The position numbers and the translations under genes were made by a program. The notes beneath the pieces were generated by a model. The model did not search any database and was not told the DNA's origin. It saw nothing but the letters and a program-made list of their open reading frames with translations. Positions 14,476 to 30,841 of a stretch of 64,000 nucleotides of DNA are shown in pieces; the first letter of the stretch is position 1; each line of letters starts with the position of its first letter. This DNA comes from the human T2T-CHM13v2.0 reference genome, Homo sapiens. The stretch lies in the NCBI RefSeq assembly GCF_009914755.1, contig NC_060934.1; one strand, written 5' to 3'.

Positions 14476-14759
14476 AAACTACCAGTTTTAAAGCCTATGA
14501 AATTACGAGTCAGATATTTTAAGACTCTTAAAAAAAAGAATTCAACAAAACAAAATATGTGACTATCCACTAAATTCAATACAAAATTTGGCAGCCTTTG
14601 TAGTTGACACCCTGGCACCACTGTAATGATGATCATACTGTTCCTCACACCCATGCCCCAGTCCTGGCCACAGGGGCTTCCACGAGAAGTTTCCTCACAA
14701 GAACTAGTCTGATGTTTCAATCTTCTTTCTTACTTTCCTGTCAATTTCATTGCCCACTG

Positions 14760-15095
14760 TAGAACCAATAGTATATTTTTACATATAGGAGGAGATTTAC
14801 TATAAGGAATTGGCTCACGTGATTATGGAGGCTAGCAAGTCCAAAACCTGCATTGCGGTCCAGCAAGCTGGAGATCCAGAAGAGCCAGTGGTGCAGATGA
14901 AGTCCAAAGACATTACTGAAAAACTCCCTCTTGCTAGGAGAGGTTGGTCTTTTTGTTCTATTTAGGCCTTCAACTGATTAGATGAGGCTCAGCTACAATA
15001 TGGAGGGCAATCTTCTTTACCCAAAGTTCACTGATTTAAATGTTAATCTCATTCAAAAGCAGCCTCCAAGTTAATACATAAAATCAACCATCACA
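14760..15095 (-). mobile_element. MLT2 (ERVL) LTR
   Basis: agatttactataaggaattggctcacgtgattatggaggct...cataaaatcaaccatcaca. Confidence 0.85.
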
Positions 15096-15469
15096 CCCAC
15101 CAAGCCCATGAGTTGATCAACAACTGCGCTTAAATCAGGGGATCCTGCTGAGGAGGGCTCTCTCCATCCAATCTCTGCTAATCCAAAGTAGATTCACTAT
15201 TGTAAGGATGTTCATTTTCTCCAAATTATGTTATATGTTGAATGTAGTTCTGTTCAATATTCCCCAAGAGTTTTCTTAATCCTATTTACCAGATGGGTAA
15301 TTGGAATAAAAGAGATTAGATCCATGGATTGTTGGTTCATATGGGGTTCAATGGAGCGGTGATAGTGGAAGAACAGAACAGAAAAGCTAGGAGATGGTGC
15401 CCCAGGGTGGAATGATTAAAATTGAAATTATGCAAGCACTGGTGATGATAAGGTCTTGGGTATTACCAT

Positions 15470-15830
15470 GTGTTTTTGTTGGAGATTCTTCAGATGCCGA
15501 CCTTCAGAAAATAATTCAGGTGCAAATAGTTTTATTTGGAAAGTTATTCCAAAAAATACTATTAGCATAGTGGGGAAGTAAGACAAAGAAGGAAAATAAA
15601 CGAATAGAGGATGTGAAGTCAACTAGACCTTAATATCATTGGGAGCTCTAGGAAGGAGTATAGAACATGTTCCCTAGTTATTCCACTCACAGTCCTGCCA
15701 TCTTTGGTTGAGGGCTGCTCTGCAGTTCAGTTTTTAGTTCTCCTGGCACTTGCTGCCTGCTGTATGAATGGGCAAGGTGAGCTCCCACAATTATGTGAGG
15801 TCAAATCCATATAATAAATCCTGTACCATT
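15470..15830. mobile_element. Old MLT1-type LTR remnant
   Basis: ttcaggtgcaaatagttttatttggaaag...gtggggaagtaagacaaagaagg. Confidence 0.5.
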
Positions 15831-17286
15831 ACCAGTAGAGGGGAAAAAAAGGATTACTTACACATGGAATATTGTATGCCTATTTCAAATGATACAGAAT
15901 TATATCTATTGGAAAAAATACTCAAATTTTCTGATTTCAGAAAAGAAGTTTGTAAGATAGAATCTTCCACTTTCTTTACATCCACACCCACAAATATGCA
16001 CAGAAAAGGATTTAGAAAAACACACATGAAAGCATTAACAGTAGTTGTCTCTGAGCAGGTAGTTTATGGCTTCAATACATTCTGTATAAAATGTGAAATC
16101 GGTGAAGGAAGTGTCCAGTCTGATCCCCTGGGTCATAGCCCTTCAATTCTTGAAGATTTTATGTCCTGAATTATGTTGTGTTTTCTTCATCCATTTTTTT
16201 CATATACTGAGGATATGTTTATGGAAAGAAACAGACGCTTTCCATGGAGAGGATCAAAGCAGAGATTTTAATAGATTTAACTCTTGTGTTAGTAAGACAG
16301 TCTTACTGCATTGTTAGTGACAATGCTATGACTTCTTTGCTAACTCTTCATCCAGCTGGCATCCAGCAATGCCAACTGTACAAGGCTTTGTTAGTCTCTC
16401 GGCTATTACGGGTGTCTTTCAAGGCAATGTGATGTGATAACTTATCCTGCAAGATATTTCAATGGATTTTTCATTTCTAATTTGAATAGCTATTAGAAAT
16501 ATTTTGGGGCTTTGAAAGAGCTCATGATTTTTCCTAATTTAAAATATTCAGTTTCTTTTTCTTTACCTCTGAATGATTGGTCTTAAAATGATGCCACAAC
16601 TTAAATGGCACCATAATCTTATTTGAAACTATTCTGTTGCATAAGACACAAAAAAGCAAATCATTTCACCTCTAATGCCAAAGGCAAGATAGATTTTATC
16701 ATATTTTTGCTTCTTATTTAGATTTTCACCCAGGATTTTTTTTGGAGTAAATTCCTCCCTTACATGAATCAGAAAATTCTCTAACATATAAGTTTTATCT
16801 TGTGCAGCATCTTCAGATATACATGGAGCATCTGTGGGTTGAGAAAGTGAGTCTTCTAATTCTCTTTTTAAAGCCAACAATCTGTCCTTAAATATGAGAA
16901 AAATATATTACAAAGAAAATGTATTTTCATTTAGGATGTACACTATTGTTGAATTCTAAACAATAGTAGTTATAAATAAAATGTAATTATTTAAAAATTT
17001 TTTTGGAAAATATTTTACAGGCTATGCAAAACAAGACAAGAGCATGTATTTACTACTTATTGTGTTTCCACTAAGCTCAAGGAGAACTTTGGGATTTCAA
17101 GATAATGATTTATTGGATGATAACAATGCTACAGAGATTTTTGCAGGCATAATTAAAACAAGTTAGTAAAAACACAGTAGGAGTACTGAGAACAGATTGA
17201 ATTATTATTTGAATATGCACATATTTAACCTTAGAAAATTCTAAGACTAAAATTTTATGATATATTCTTATAGCCAAAAACAATAA

Positions 17287-17629
<343 letters not shown>

Positions 17630-18059
17630 ACCAGTGGTTTTCAAAGTACTGTTTGGGGGACACCTAGAGTCTCAAAAACTCTTTTAGAGTTCCAGGAGGT
17701 CAAATCTATTTTTGAGCCCATTGGCCAATTTTTAGTCACATTTTCATGCCTTATCTGCAAGGAAGCTGGGATTCTCTCCCTGCCCTTTGGGCAGGGTAGG
17801 GCAGGAAACAGACCCAACAAGATTGCAAGCCATGAAAGAAAATGGAGGTTTTATTGGAATATAAGGAAATTATTTCAAGGCAAGGAAATATAAATCTTTA
17901 TTTCACAGATAATTAAAAATTAAGAACAACAAGACTTTTAAAGATTGGGTTACTTGTATGGGTGTCAGACTGGAAGAGGACAGAGCCAGGACCAATCCTC
18001 AGTCCTCTGACTCCCATATCTGGGTTCTTTGCCCCACACTTAGACCTTTTCTGGTGCAA

Positions 18060-18297
18060 ACATATCTGACAAAATAACCAAAACCACATCTCTCTCAAAT
18101 AAACTCTTAGTACCAGGGGAAAATGAGGAGACATTGAAATTATTTCTTCATGGAAGAAGGTGTATAGTTTTGTCTTTTAGAGGTAATAGGTCTCCTTTTA
18201 GAAAAGTTATTGACATGTGAATGAACTGACTCCACCACCATTCCCTAGAACCTTATAAGAAGCCTTCCAATCACCCATTTTGCAACTGTAACTCTGG
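18060..18297. repeat. Ancient local duplicate, copy A
   Basis: Colinear with 19060-19299 (gacaaaataa..cacatctctctcaaa..gaaaagttattga..aactgactccacc..tagaacctt..ttttgcaa.tgtaac). Confidence 0.9.
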
Positions 18298-18469
18298 CTT
18301 CTCATTATCGGGGACTTGTTGCCCTTGCATAGTAGTTTTGAGGGCACTATGTTGGCATTGCTTTGCAGACCACATGTGTCCCGCACATAGTAGGATCGCA
18401 TTAGCATGCAACAGAAATAAGTATCTTTATTTAATCATAAGTACTTCTTATGACTCCAATGGTTCCCTA

Positions 18470-18950
18470 CTAATAGTCGTTCCCAATCTACATCTTCCAT
18501 AGGCAAAGACTTCTTCCTAAGATAAATTTTTTAAAACCTGATATTTTCCTAACCTTCCTTGCAGATAAGGCATGAAAATGTGACTCAAATTTGGCCAAGG
18601 GACTCTGGTAAGAAATTTGCTGAGGATGGCTATGAATCGTTTTCTTCTCCAAGAAGACACAAGAGAAAAAAATCTCCCTCTCTCTTCCTGTGGATGCTTG
18701 AGAATATGGAACCTGGGTCTGTACCAGTCATCATGTGAATATGAGAGTCAAAGCTAAGGACAAGTCAAAACACTGACCTGACTGTAGATGGCACAGTGGA
18801 AAGATAGAAAGAGCCTGAATCTTTGATATCATAGAACCAGTGAATTAACCCTGGAACCACTCCACCTCTGGACTTCTTGTATGCAAGATAACAAATGTAT
18901 TTTTTAATTTAAACCAGTTTTAGGGTACTGAAAGTATCTTAAATGATACA
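18470..18950 (+). mobile_element. LTR16-like ERVL solo LTR
   Basis: ttccttgcagat..tgtgactcaaatttggccaa...cctctggacttcttgtatg...tcttaaatgataca. Confidence 0.65.
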
Positions 18951-19059
18951 ATCGCTTTCCAGGGAACCAGGCACCTAGAGAAAATTTAGCAAGTTTCTAA
19001 GACTACCGCGTACTATATGCAATAGGTCTTACCAGGTACACATACACTTATAACTCAAA

Positions 19060-19299
19060 TATATGTGACAAAATAAACAAAAACACATCTCTCTCAAACT
19101 GTTAGTACTGGGGAGAAATGGCGGGGGGTGGGGGACATTGAAATGACTTCTTCACAGAAGAGAGTGTATGATTTTTGTCTTCTGAGGATAATAGTTCTCC
19201 TATTGGAAAAGTTATTGATATGTGAATTAACTGACTCCACCGCCATTCCTAGAACCTTGTAAGAAGCTTCCCAATATCTATTTTGCAATTGTAACCCGG
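19060..19299. repeat. Ancient local duplicate, copy B
   Basis: Colinear with 18060-18297, roughly 80% identical by eye. Confidence 0.9.
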
Positions 19300-20532
19300 A
19301 TGAGCCCTCCCTGTGTTTTTGCCCCAAGTCCTCTGTCTTTCTGAACTCATTTTTTCCTTAAAAATTAAAAAAAAAAACCAGTATGAAATAAAATGATGAG
19401 TAACCAAGATCTCATTGTAGTCTACTGGTTATTTTTGAATGTTTTTCAAAATTCCTATAATGACAAAAAATTGTAAGTGTCCAACCATTCAATCACAGAC
19501 CATGGGAAGATTAGTGCCTCCCAAGACTCAGCTCTTGCATTCAACCCTCACTATAACTTCCTGCTCCCACTGGACTCTTAGGCTCACTAGTAAGTCTTAC
19601 TTCCTACATTTAATGTCATCCCAAAGATTGCACAAGTCTCTTTTTTGCTTTAAGTTCCCAAAGCCACCACTAATACAAGGTTACTCTCTATAGCCCACTT
19701 TTAATGAAAGATTCAACCGTAAATGTTAGGCATCCTTGTTTTTAAATTTCCCTGACCATCCCTGTCATTAATCATCCTTTCTTCTTGGGCTCTGACCTCC
19801 CAATAGGCTTCTGGGCCCTCTCTCTTCCCCAAATCGCTTTACAGCTCCCCCACTGTGTTCTCTTCCAGCCCTTATGCCCCTATTTCCTGGGAAACTCAAG
19901 AACTCCTCTCCCCTATGTAGCACAACAAATCAGCACTCTCTTTGTTTCACCCCCTCCTTGCAGAACTGCTGGAATCACCTTTTCAAATCAAAGACCTCCA
20001 TCAGGTTATTTTCCTAAATAAATAAAAATTCATCTTCCCTGAAATGAACTATGACATTCCCCTTATAAGATACAAGTAGCAGCAGATGCAGTTAGTTTTT
20101 GGTTTTCAATAGCAATGTTTTTCTTCTCACTGTGCCAGAATGCAATTACTTTGCAGTCAATGCAACAGGATGTTAAAAATGAAACAACTTTCTGCCTCCA
20201 TTTTAGATGAGGCCTAATGGCCAAAAAGTGCCAAGGCTCATGGCATTCTAATTTGCGTGCTAGGCCATCTAGGCAGGAGTTGCCAAAAGGGTAGCTAAAA
20301 AATACTTGTTGGCCCTTAACCCACCACCCCATCTAAGAATATAAAAGGGATAATAAAACAAGGATATAAAAGGTTTGAAGTTGTAAAGGAACATAGAGAA
20401 AATGTATTTGGAGTTGCTGATGTTTTGTGCATTCCTTTCTCCCCAAGTGAGGGAAAAGGATGGAGGAGCTTGTGAGAGAGGGAACTGGAAGAGGATCACT
20501 CAAAAAGCCCAACATGTCTCCTGGAGTAGAAG

Positions 20533-21081
20533 TGTCAGAGGCATTTGAACAAGAGCAACTCCATCTTGAATAGAGGCTGGGTAAAATAAGGCTAAGACCT
20601 ACTGGCTGCATTCCCAGATGATTAAGGCATTATAAGTCACAGGATGAGATAGGAGGTCAGCACAAAATACAGGTCATAAAGACCTTCCTGATAAAACAGG
20701 TTGCAGTAAGGAAGCCAGCTAAAACCCACCAAAACCAAGATGGCCATGAGAATGACCGCTGGTCATCCTCACTGCTACACTCCCACCAGCGCCATGACAG
20801 TTTACAAGTGCCATGGCAATGAAAGGAAGTTACCCTATATAGCCTAAGAAGGGGAGGCATGAATAATCCACCTCTTGTTTAGCATATCACCAAGAAACAA
20901 CCATAAAAATGTGCAAAGAGCAGCCTTCGGGGCTGTTCTGTCTATGGAGTAGCCATTTTATTCCTTTACTTTCCTAATAAACTGCTTTCACTTTACTTTA
21001 TGGACTCACTCTGAATTCTTTCTTGTTCAAGATCCAAGAACCCTCTCTTGGGGTCTGGATCGGGACCCCTTTCCTGTAAGA
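20533..21081 (+). mobile_element. MER41A (ERV1) solo LTR
   Basis: tgtcagaggcatttgaac...gggacccctttcctgtaaga; 549 bp; TSD GAAG; AATAAA at ~20976. Confidence 0.92.
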
Positions 21082-21769
21082 GAAGGAGTAGAAAGACTGT
21101 GCGGTTGCATTGGGAGAAAATTGCTTCTTCACCAATGGCAGGGTAAAAATGTACGAGATCAGACTGAGCTGAATCTTGCCCAAGAGACTTTCTCAAGGAG
21201 CAAAGTGACCCAAATGAGGGAGGGACCATGGGAAGTCCAGGGGTGAGAAGGGATTCTGAGTGACCAGCCAAAGAGTGGACTTTCATATGCCATGGAAACT
21301 ACAGTTAAGGGTTCTCAACATGGATATTTTTGCAAGCAACCCACTAAAACATCAAATGAGAGAGAAAAAAAAAGAACCAAATTGAGAATAGTGCACACCC
21401 AGCAGGCATCATCACCAAATGTGATTTGTGCCAATCATGGGAATCCTATCCTGAGACTTAGCTCTCTTCACTCTCCCCTTCAACCGTGAAGGAGCCAGAG
21501 ACAATTAGGTAAAGAACAGAAGAACCAGGTGAAGAGCAAGAGAAGAACAATGCAGACAAGTGAAAGAATCCAATCACATTCCACATCCCCAGCTGCAGGC
21601 TTGCTGACCTGAAGCAAGCTCAAGGTGGAAGGATGGAGAGCATGCAACTCTGAAGGAGACTCTGAGTGTCAGTTATTAAACTGGCTGGATAAATCAATCA
21701 CTGAAATGAGCCTGTTCTTAAGACTTAATGTTACTAGAAACTTTTATTATTCAAGATTGATGATAAAAC

Positions 21770-22316
21770 TGTTACTGGAAACAGGTCCCAATCCAAACCC
21801 CAAGACAAGGTTCTTGGATCTCATGCAAGAAAGAATTCAGGGCCAGTCTATAAAGTGAAAGCAAGTTTATTAGGAAAGTAAAGGAATAAAGAATAGCTAC
21901 TCCATAGACAGAGCATCCCCTAGGGCTGCTGGTTGCCCATTTTTATGGTTAGTTCTTGATGATATTTTTAAAAAGGGTGGATTACTCAGGCCTCCCCTTT
22001 TTAGGCCACTTAGGGTAACTTCCTGTTGTTGCTGTGGCATTCGTAAACTGTCATGGCACTGGTGGGAGTGTAGCAGTGAGGACAACCAGAGGTCACTCTT
22101 GTCACCATCTTGGTTTTGGTGGGTTTCAACCAGCTTCTTTACTGCAACCTGTTTTATCAGGAAGGTCTTTATAACCTGTATCTCGTGCTGACCTCCTATC
22201 TCATCCTGTGACTTAGAATACCTTAACCGTCTGGGAATGCAGCCCAGTAGATTTCAGCCTCATTTTACCCAGCCCCTATTCAAGATGGAGTTGCTCTGAT
22301 TCACATGTCTTTGACA
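21770..22316 (-). mobile_element. MER41A (ERV1) solo LTR, inverted relative to the first
   Basis: tgttactggaaacagg...gatggagttgctctg...tttgaca; 547 bp; TSD AAAC. Confidence 0.92.
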
Positions 22317-22797
22317 AAACTTATGGAATCTATTCAAAAGTTTATTCAGGGTAAGAAAAAAAAAAGTAGTCCACACAGAGCATTTGATAAAGCTGTGCAG
22401 AGTAATCTGCGTATCTAAGATCAGGTAGGAGCATGTAGGATATGACAAGCACACAAAGAATAACAAAGTTCAGCAGTCGGGAAGAATGATAAGGATCACT
22501 GAATGTGGCCTAAAGGAAAAGTTCTATTTTGCACATATTCTTGGGTTTGTCTTGGTTTTTGGTTGTTGATGCTGGTTTTTGTTGTGGTCGGTATTTTGTT
22601 TTATTCAGTGTTATAGGTCCATTGTTTGGAATACTGCCTGGCACACAGTAGTGCTCATTAAACATTTATTAAATGTATTGTTAGATTTGAAACCAGAAAA
22701 CAATGAAGAGATATCATCATCTTGAAAAGAAAATAAAATGCCAATATAAAAACCTAGAATTCTACAATAGTGAAAAATAGTTGCAAGAATAAAGACA

Positions 22798-23600
<803 letters not shown>

Positions 23601-23606
23601 TAAAAC

Positions 23607-23731
23607 TTTTTATAGACACAAGGTTTCTCTATGTTGCCAAGGCTTGTCTAGAACTCCTGGACTCAAAGCAATCCACCCACCTTGGCCTTGCAAAGTGCTG
23701 GGATTATAGGAATGAGCCACCTGACCCAGCT
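23607..23731 (-). mobile_element. FLAM/AluJ left monomer
   Basis: Reverse left arm; outer TSD aattcattc flanks the whole 22989-23731 cluster. Confidence 0.85.
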
Positions 23732-23779
23732 GATAATTCATTCCTAAAGGAAATAATAAGGGCCATTTATAATCCTACA

Positions 23780-25815
23780 TGAAAGTTTGGAAATGCAGAA
23801 AGACATGAAGAGCAATTCAAAAAACAAATATTTAAAGACACATAAATGAATGCTAGCCACAGAAAATACAACTACTATTAATAATGCCCCTTAGGAGAAT
23901 AAAATGTACAACACTTGCATATAAGTCAAAATGGGAATTAATGGAATTAAGTGTTTTATGGTCCTTGTACATTCTGGGAAGAAAATGAAAGCGCCAATTA
24001 ACATTTTTCTTTATAAATCAAGGAGGCTTATAGTCATCTTTAAGGTAACCACTGTAAGTCTAATTTTTTACAATGTAATAATAAAAATTACTGATTCCAA
24101 ACATAAAAGAAAAAGGAAAAGAAAATGTAATACAGAATAGCAGAGATAAGTGTCAGGGTATAAAAGTAATTATATTAAATGTAAATGTTAAATGACAATG
24201 TACCCAAAAGCCTAAATTTAAATATAAGGACAGTCAACTCAAATTCTGAAAAGCTCTGCTCTTCATAAGAGACACATCTAAAACACAAGGATTCAGAAAG
24301 ACTGAATGTAATCACAATGAAATAAGATACACCATGTAAAAATTAACATTACTATCAGAGCAATTGCCTTTGGAGAAATAAGCACTACCAAAAATACATA
24401 GGAACACTTCAAATTGAAGAAGATATTAGGAATAAATAACAATTCTAAATTTGTGTGTACCTAATTACATGACTTCAATATATATCAAGCCAAAATTGGT
24501 AAAATTAGAGTAAGAGGAAAAATACAAAATTATAATGGGAGAATGTAGCATATCTCCCTCAGCAACCAACAGAAAAAGCAGTTAAATACCAGTATGTGTT
24601 TGTGTTCTCTGCTGAAGAAAAAAACATCAGTATGTTTTAGTATGTATACAGAAAATGTGCACAATACAATTAAAGGACTTAATCTGTTGGACTAAGAAGA
24701 GTGCCACCTCACAATTTCAAATCTCATATTAATTAATCAAAAGTTAGGCTACAGAGCAAGTCTCAACAACTTAAAAAGTTTGAAATCATACAGAGTGGTC
24801 CTATAATACAACTAAACTAAAAGTACAAAATAATAATAATAACCAAAATCCCCACATATTTGAAAGTTAAGAAATATAACTTTTAAGATAAATTATTGAA
24901 GGAAAAAAAAGAAATACAACTTTAACACATAAATTCATGAAGAAATAAAAATAAAAATTAGAAAATAGTTTGGACTGGCTGCGCAATAATAAAAACACTA
25001 CAAATCAAAACTCATGAGATATAAGTGAAACAATGTTTATAGGGAAATTTCTTCTCTTGAATGCATACATTAGAAAAGAAAAAAATGCTGAAATTAACGA
25101 ACTAACAATCCACTTCAAGAAATTAGAAAAGAAAGACAAAATGGACTCCAAGAAAGTAGAAAATGGAAATAATAAAGAGCAGAAATTAATAAAATATAAA
25201 ACAAACATAATATAAAAATTAACAAATCTGAAAGTTGGCTAAATGAAAAACTAATGAAATTAATAAAGCCATGGTGAGACTTACAAAGATAAAAATAGAG
25301 GACAATTAAACAATATATAAATAGATGAAAAGGAAATATACTCTTATACTTTGTCCTACATAAAAGAAATTAACCTTCTTCTGATACATTTGGAAAATTT
25401 TAAATGAAATGGACAAATCTCTAGAGAATTAAACTTTCCAGAAGTTATATAAGAAATACAAATGTAACTAGTTCTATAGCAATCAAGAAATTGAATCTGT
25501 CATTAAAAATCTCCTCATAATGAAACCCCAGGTCTAGATGAATTTATCAGCTAATGTAGCCAAATATTTAAGAAAGGCCAGTCTTACATAAAATTTTCTA
25601 AGTAGTAGGAAAAAAGGAACATTCTTCAACTTCTTTTATTAAAAAAAAAAAGTAAACTGATTACTAAAACTTGACAAGGACTTTGTAAGAAAGAAAAAAT
25701 TGCAGATCAGCTTAATCATGAAAATCAATCCAAATTCCAAATAAACTATTAGCCAGCTGAATTTATCCAGCAATACGTAGAAAGGATAATACAACATGAC
25801 CAAATAGCATGTTTC
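23780..25815 (+). mobile_element. Old L1M fragment (inter-ORF/ORF2 5' part), heavily decayed
   Basis: A-rich; aatgcatacattagaaaagaa, gaaatggacaaat, gaaattgaatctgtcattaaaaatct ORF2 hallmarks; ORF 25033-25215 is L1 ORF2-like. Confidence 0.85.
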
Positions 25816-26121
25816 ACAAGGCTGTTGGCAGAAGGTCTCACTTCCTCATCACATAGACGTCCATGAAGGGCCACTTGAGAAAACTCGTGACATGGCAGCT
25901 AGTGTCCCCCAAAGAAAGCAAACCAAGAAAGAGCACAAAAAGGAAGCCACGAATGCCTTTTATAACCTAGTCTTGAAATCACACACCATCGCTTCCACTA
26001 TATTCTCTTCCTTAGAAGCAAGCCGCTAAATCCTGTCTGTACTCAAGAGGAGGAAAATTAAGCTCCATCTTGTAAAGAAAGAGTATCAAGGAATTTGTGG
26101 ATATACTTTTTAAACATCACA
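25816..26121 (-). mobile_element. MLT1 LTR fragment
   Basis: ggctgttggcagaagg...gacatggcagct...aaggaatttgtggatatactttttaaacatcaca. Confidence 0.75.
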
Positions 26122-26359
26122 ATAGATAACCAAACAGAAAAAGAGATACAAATGAGGAAAAAAATGTTCAATGTCATGCAAATTAAATAAAAATTACCAT
26201 TTTGATCTTTAAATGGGGAAATCTTAAATTATAATACTCAGTGCTGGAAATGGACATGGTGCAGTAGTCACCATCATAAAATGCTGAAGAAGGTATAAAC
26301 TTTTACAGCCATTCTAAAGAATAATCTAGCACTATGCATCATGTGATTTGACCCAAGGG

Positions 26360-26788
26360 GTAGACTTCTTGTTGTCCTCCCAAATTTATCTTCACTGTAT
26401 AGTAACAGTATGTTCACTAACCATATGGTGCCCAGTTATAAACTATATTACCCAGACTCCTTTATAGCTAGATGTGACCATCTGACTAAGCTGTAAACAA
26501 TGGAAGATGAGCTGAAGTGATTTTTGCAACCTCCATGTGACTTATTTTAAAGGAAATTGTCTTCTGCTTCTATTCTTTCCATTTTCCTATAGACTGGACT
26601 GTGATAAGCTAGTGGCCCAGAACTGATCGGATAAAGACAACCCCCAGAAAATAGAACAACAAGATGGAAGGAATTGAGTCCTTGACTTTCTAGCAAACCA
26701 GAGCCGCCCAACTTTCTGGACCACTCAACTCTGGATTGCATTTTGGGGTCTCTTCCCTATAGCAGTTTAGCCCACTCCCTAACTATAG
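26360..26788 (+). mobile_element. LTR16A-like solo LTR
   Basis: actatattacccagactcctttatagctagatgtgacca...ttttggggtctct...cctaactata. Confidence 0.6.
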
Positions 26789-27611
26789 TTTCGCAGACTA
26801 TATGTTTAGAAAACCAACAAGTAAAAAAATGAAGATGACATTAATTAATCAAACAGCTAATAAAGATGTCTAGAGGTGAGATAAATATGTAATACTCAAG
26901 TACATTCAAGTAAAATACTCAAAATTATACTAAAAATATAGTCTGATAGTATAGTAAACATACCAAAAATGGTAAGTTAAAATGCATAAAATACACAAAC
27001 TAGTATTTTATCAGTTTTATTCAGATCATTTTTCCTAATTATAAAACCATATGCTTCTGTTAAAGAAAACATAAAGTGATAAAAATTATAAATACATTTT
27101 TCTAATTTGTTCTTAAATTTAATATAACTCAAATTTAGGTTTTTTCAAGTTTTTAAAAAATAAATGTATATGTATTTGATTTGGTTTTACATAGTATAAG
27201 TAATTTTAAATATTTTATTTTGCATCTTCCTTTTTCTTTTCACTAAACAGTATTATGAGCAGTTTTCCATGGCTACATAATCTCCTATCACTTGGTCATA
27301 TCATAATTTAACAACTTAATAAACAGTGGGTTTCTTCTAATTTTTTCTAAAATATATACTGTTTCATTTTCCATAATTGTGGAGTGCTTCCTTAATTATT
27401 ATAGCAGATTAAATTTTTAAAAGTTAAATGACTGAGTTGAAGGGCATGAAAACTGTAAATCTGTATGTTATAAAAATTTCCTGCAAAAGGATAACATTAA
27501 TTTATAATGCTAGCAGCATTTTCTGAGAGTGCCTCCTTTATTGTAGTTTTGCCAACACTGAGTATTAACTTTGTTTCATCATCCCCAATTAATTACAAAA
27601 TAATAATGTTC

Positions 27612-28410
<799 letters not shown>

Positions 28411-28659
28411 AATTAGTAAGATTGAACACTTTTCTGAGTGTTTGTTGGCATTTTATGTTTTGTGCCTACATATGTGTGAGAATGAGACCGTGAGAGACTG
28501 AGAGAGAAAGAGATGGAGAGGGATATTAGGCTAGTCTTGTTTTTTGGTTTTGGTTTTTGCTTACTTTCAATTGAAGTTTTCAGCATTTCCTTGATTAATT
28601 GTGAAAGTCCTTTATACGTGACTGTATTTCCATTATAATTCTCCAAACAATTTAAAAAA

Positions 28660-29380
<721 letters not shown>

Positions 29381-29700
29381 TATCATTTGTTCTTTATATA
29401 TGTATCAATATTTTTTCCCAGGATTTTGCCATCAATTTTTTATTCTATTCAAAAATTTCATGTAATAAAAGTTATAGTTGCTTCCTTTGCATTTTTTTGT
29501 ATTATCTGCAGGTTTAGGAAATCCTTGCCTATTTTAAGCTCTGAAAAATATTTGCTTAATTTTTTTAGTAGTTTCTATCATTTCTTTTCCTATACATAGC
29601 TATTTAATTCATCTGAAGTTTATTTGGAGTATGTGATATAAACGTCTGATTCCCATTTTCCTTAATAGTTAATTAATCACCTAAAATTAAAAAAAAAAAA

Positions 29701-29853
29701 TTTTAAGAGATGAGGTCTTGTCCCGTCACCCAGCCTGGAGTACACTGGTGCAATCATAGCTCACTTCAGCCTCAAACTACAGGGCTCAAGTGATCCTCCC
29801 ACCTCAGCCTGCTGAGTTGCTGGGATTACAGGCATGAGCCACTATGCCTTGCT
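29701..29853 (-). mobile_element. FRAM/Alu monomer
   Basis: Reverse single arm. Confidence 0.85.
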
Positions 29854-30497
29854 AATTGCCTAAAAATATGTTAATAAACCTTTCTGTGTACAATATGAAG
29901 AAGACTACTTTGTTGAAGGCTGTTAATGAAGCAAAATTTCAATAAATGAATAAATGTGGCATATATCTAGACAAGAAAGTTAAATGTTATAAAGTTTTCC
30001 ATTCCTAGATAATTGCTGTGCATTGTAGACAGAAGACCATTGAAAAAAAGAAAAAAGCAAAAAAAATGCTATGTAAATGCAATGAAATATCAACAGAATA
30101 TTTTTAATCTGACAGAAAATAATAGAATATGTTTGGAAGAATAAACAATGAAGGATAAGTTATGAAAAGTGGTAAACTAAATATTACGAATGACAATTAT
30201 TAAATATGTTTTTGGTGGCAAGAATAGAAAGACCAGTAGAATAAAATAATCCAAAACCTATAAAAATTAAATGTATCACAAAGAAAACAAACCAAATCAG
30301 TAGCAAAAAAAGATTAATTTTTGAAATAAGAGGCAAATTTCTTTAGGGAAAATATTTGCTTAATACATTTTGCTCATTATCCTTCTGGGATCAATAATAA
30401 TAGTAAAATTACAGCCACATATCCTTTGTATACCAACATAAATTCCAGACAAACTAAAGTTTTAAATACATACTCAGAAATTAAGCAATGAAAATAG

Positions 30498-30841
<344 letters not shown>

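Noticed and set aside
18207-19327. Duplicated coding exon suggested by shared W(K/E)ASYKVLG peptides
   Set aside because: Indels shift the frame between copies; no convincing splice sites or known protein similarity.
20533-22316. The two MER41 LTRs as ends of one provirus or terminal inverted repeats of a new element
   Set aside because: Opposite orientation, different TSDs, and no PBS or internal ERV sequence between them.
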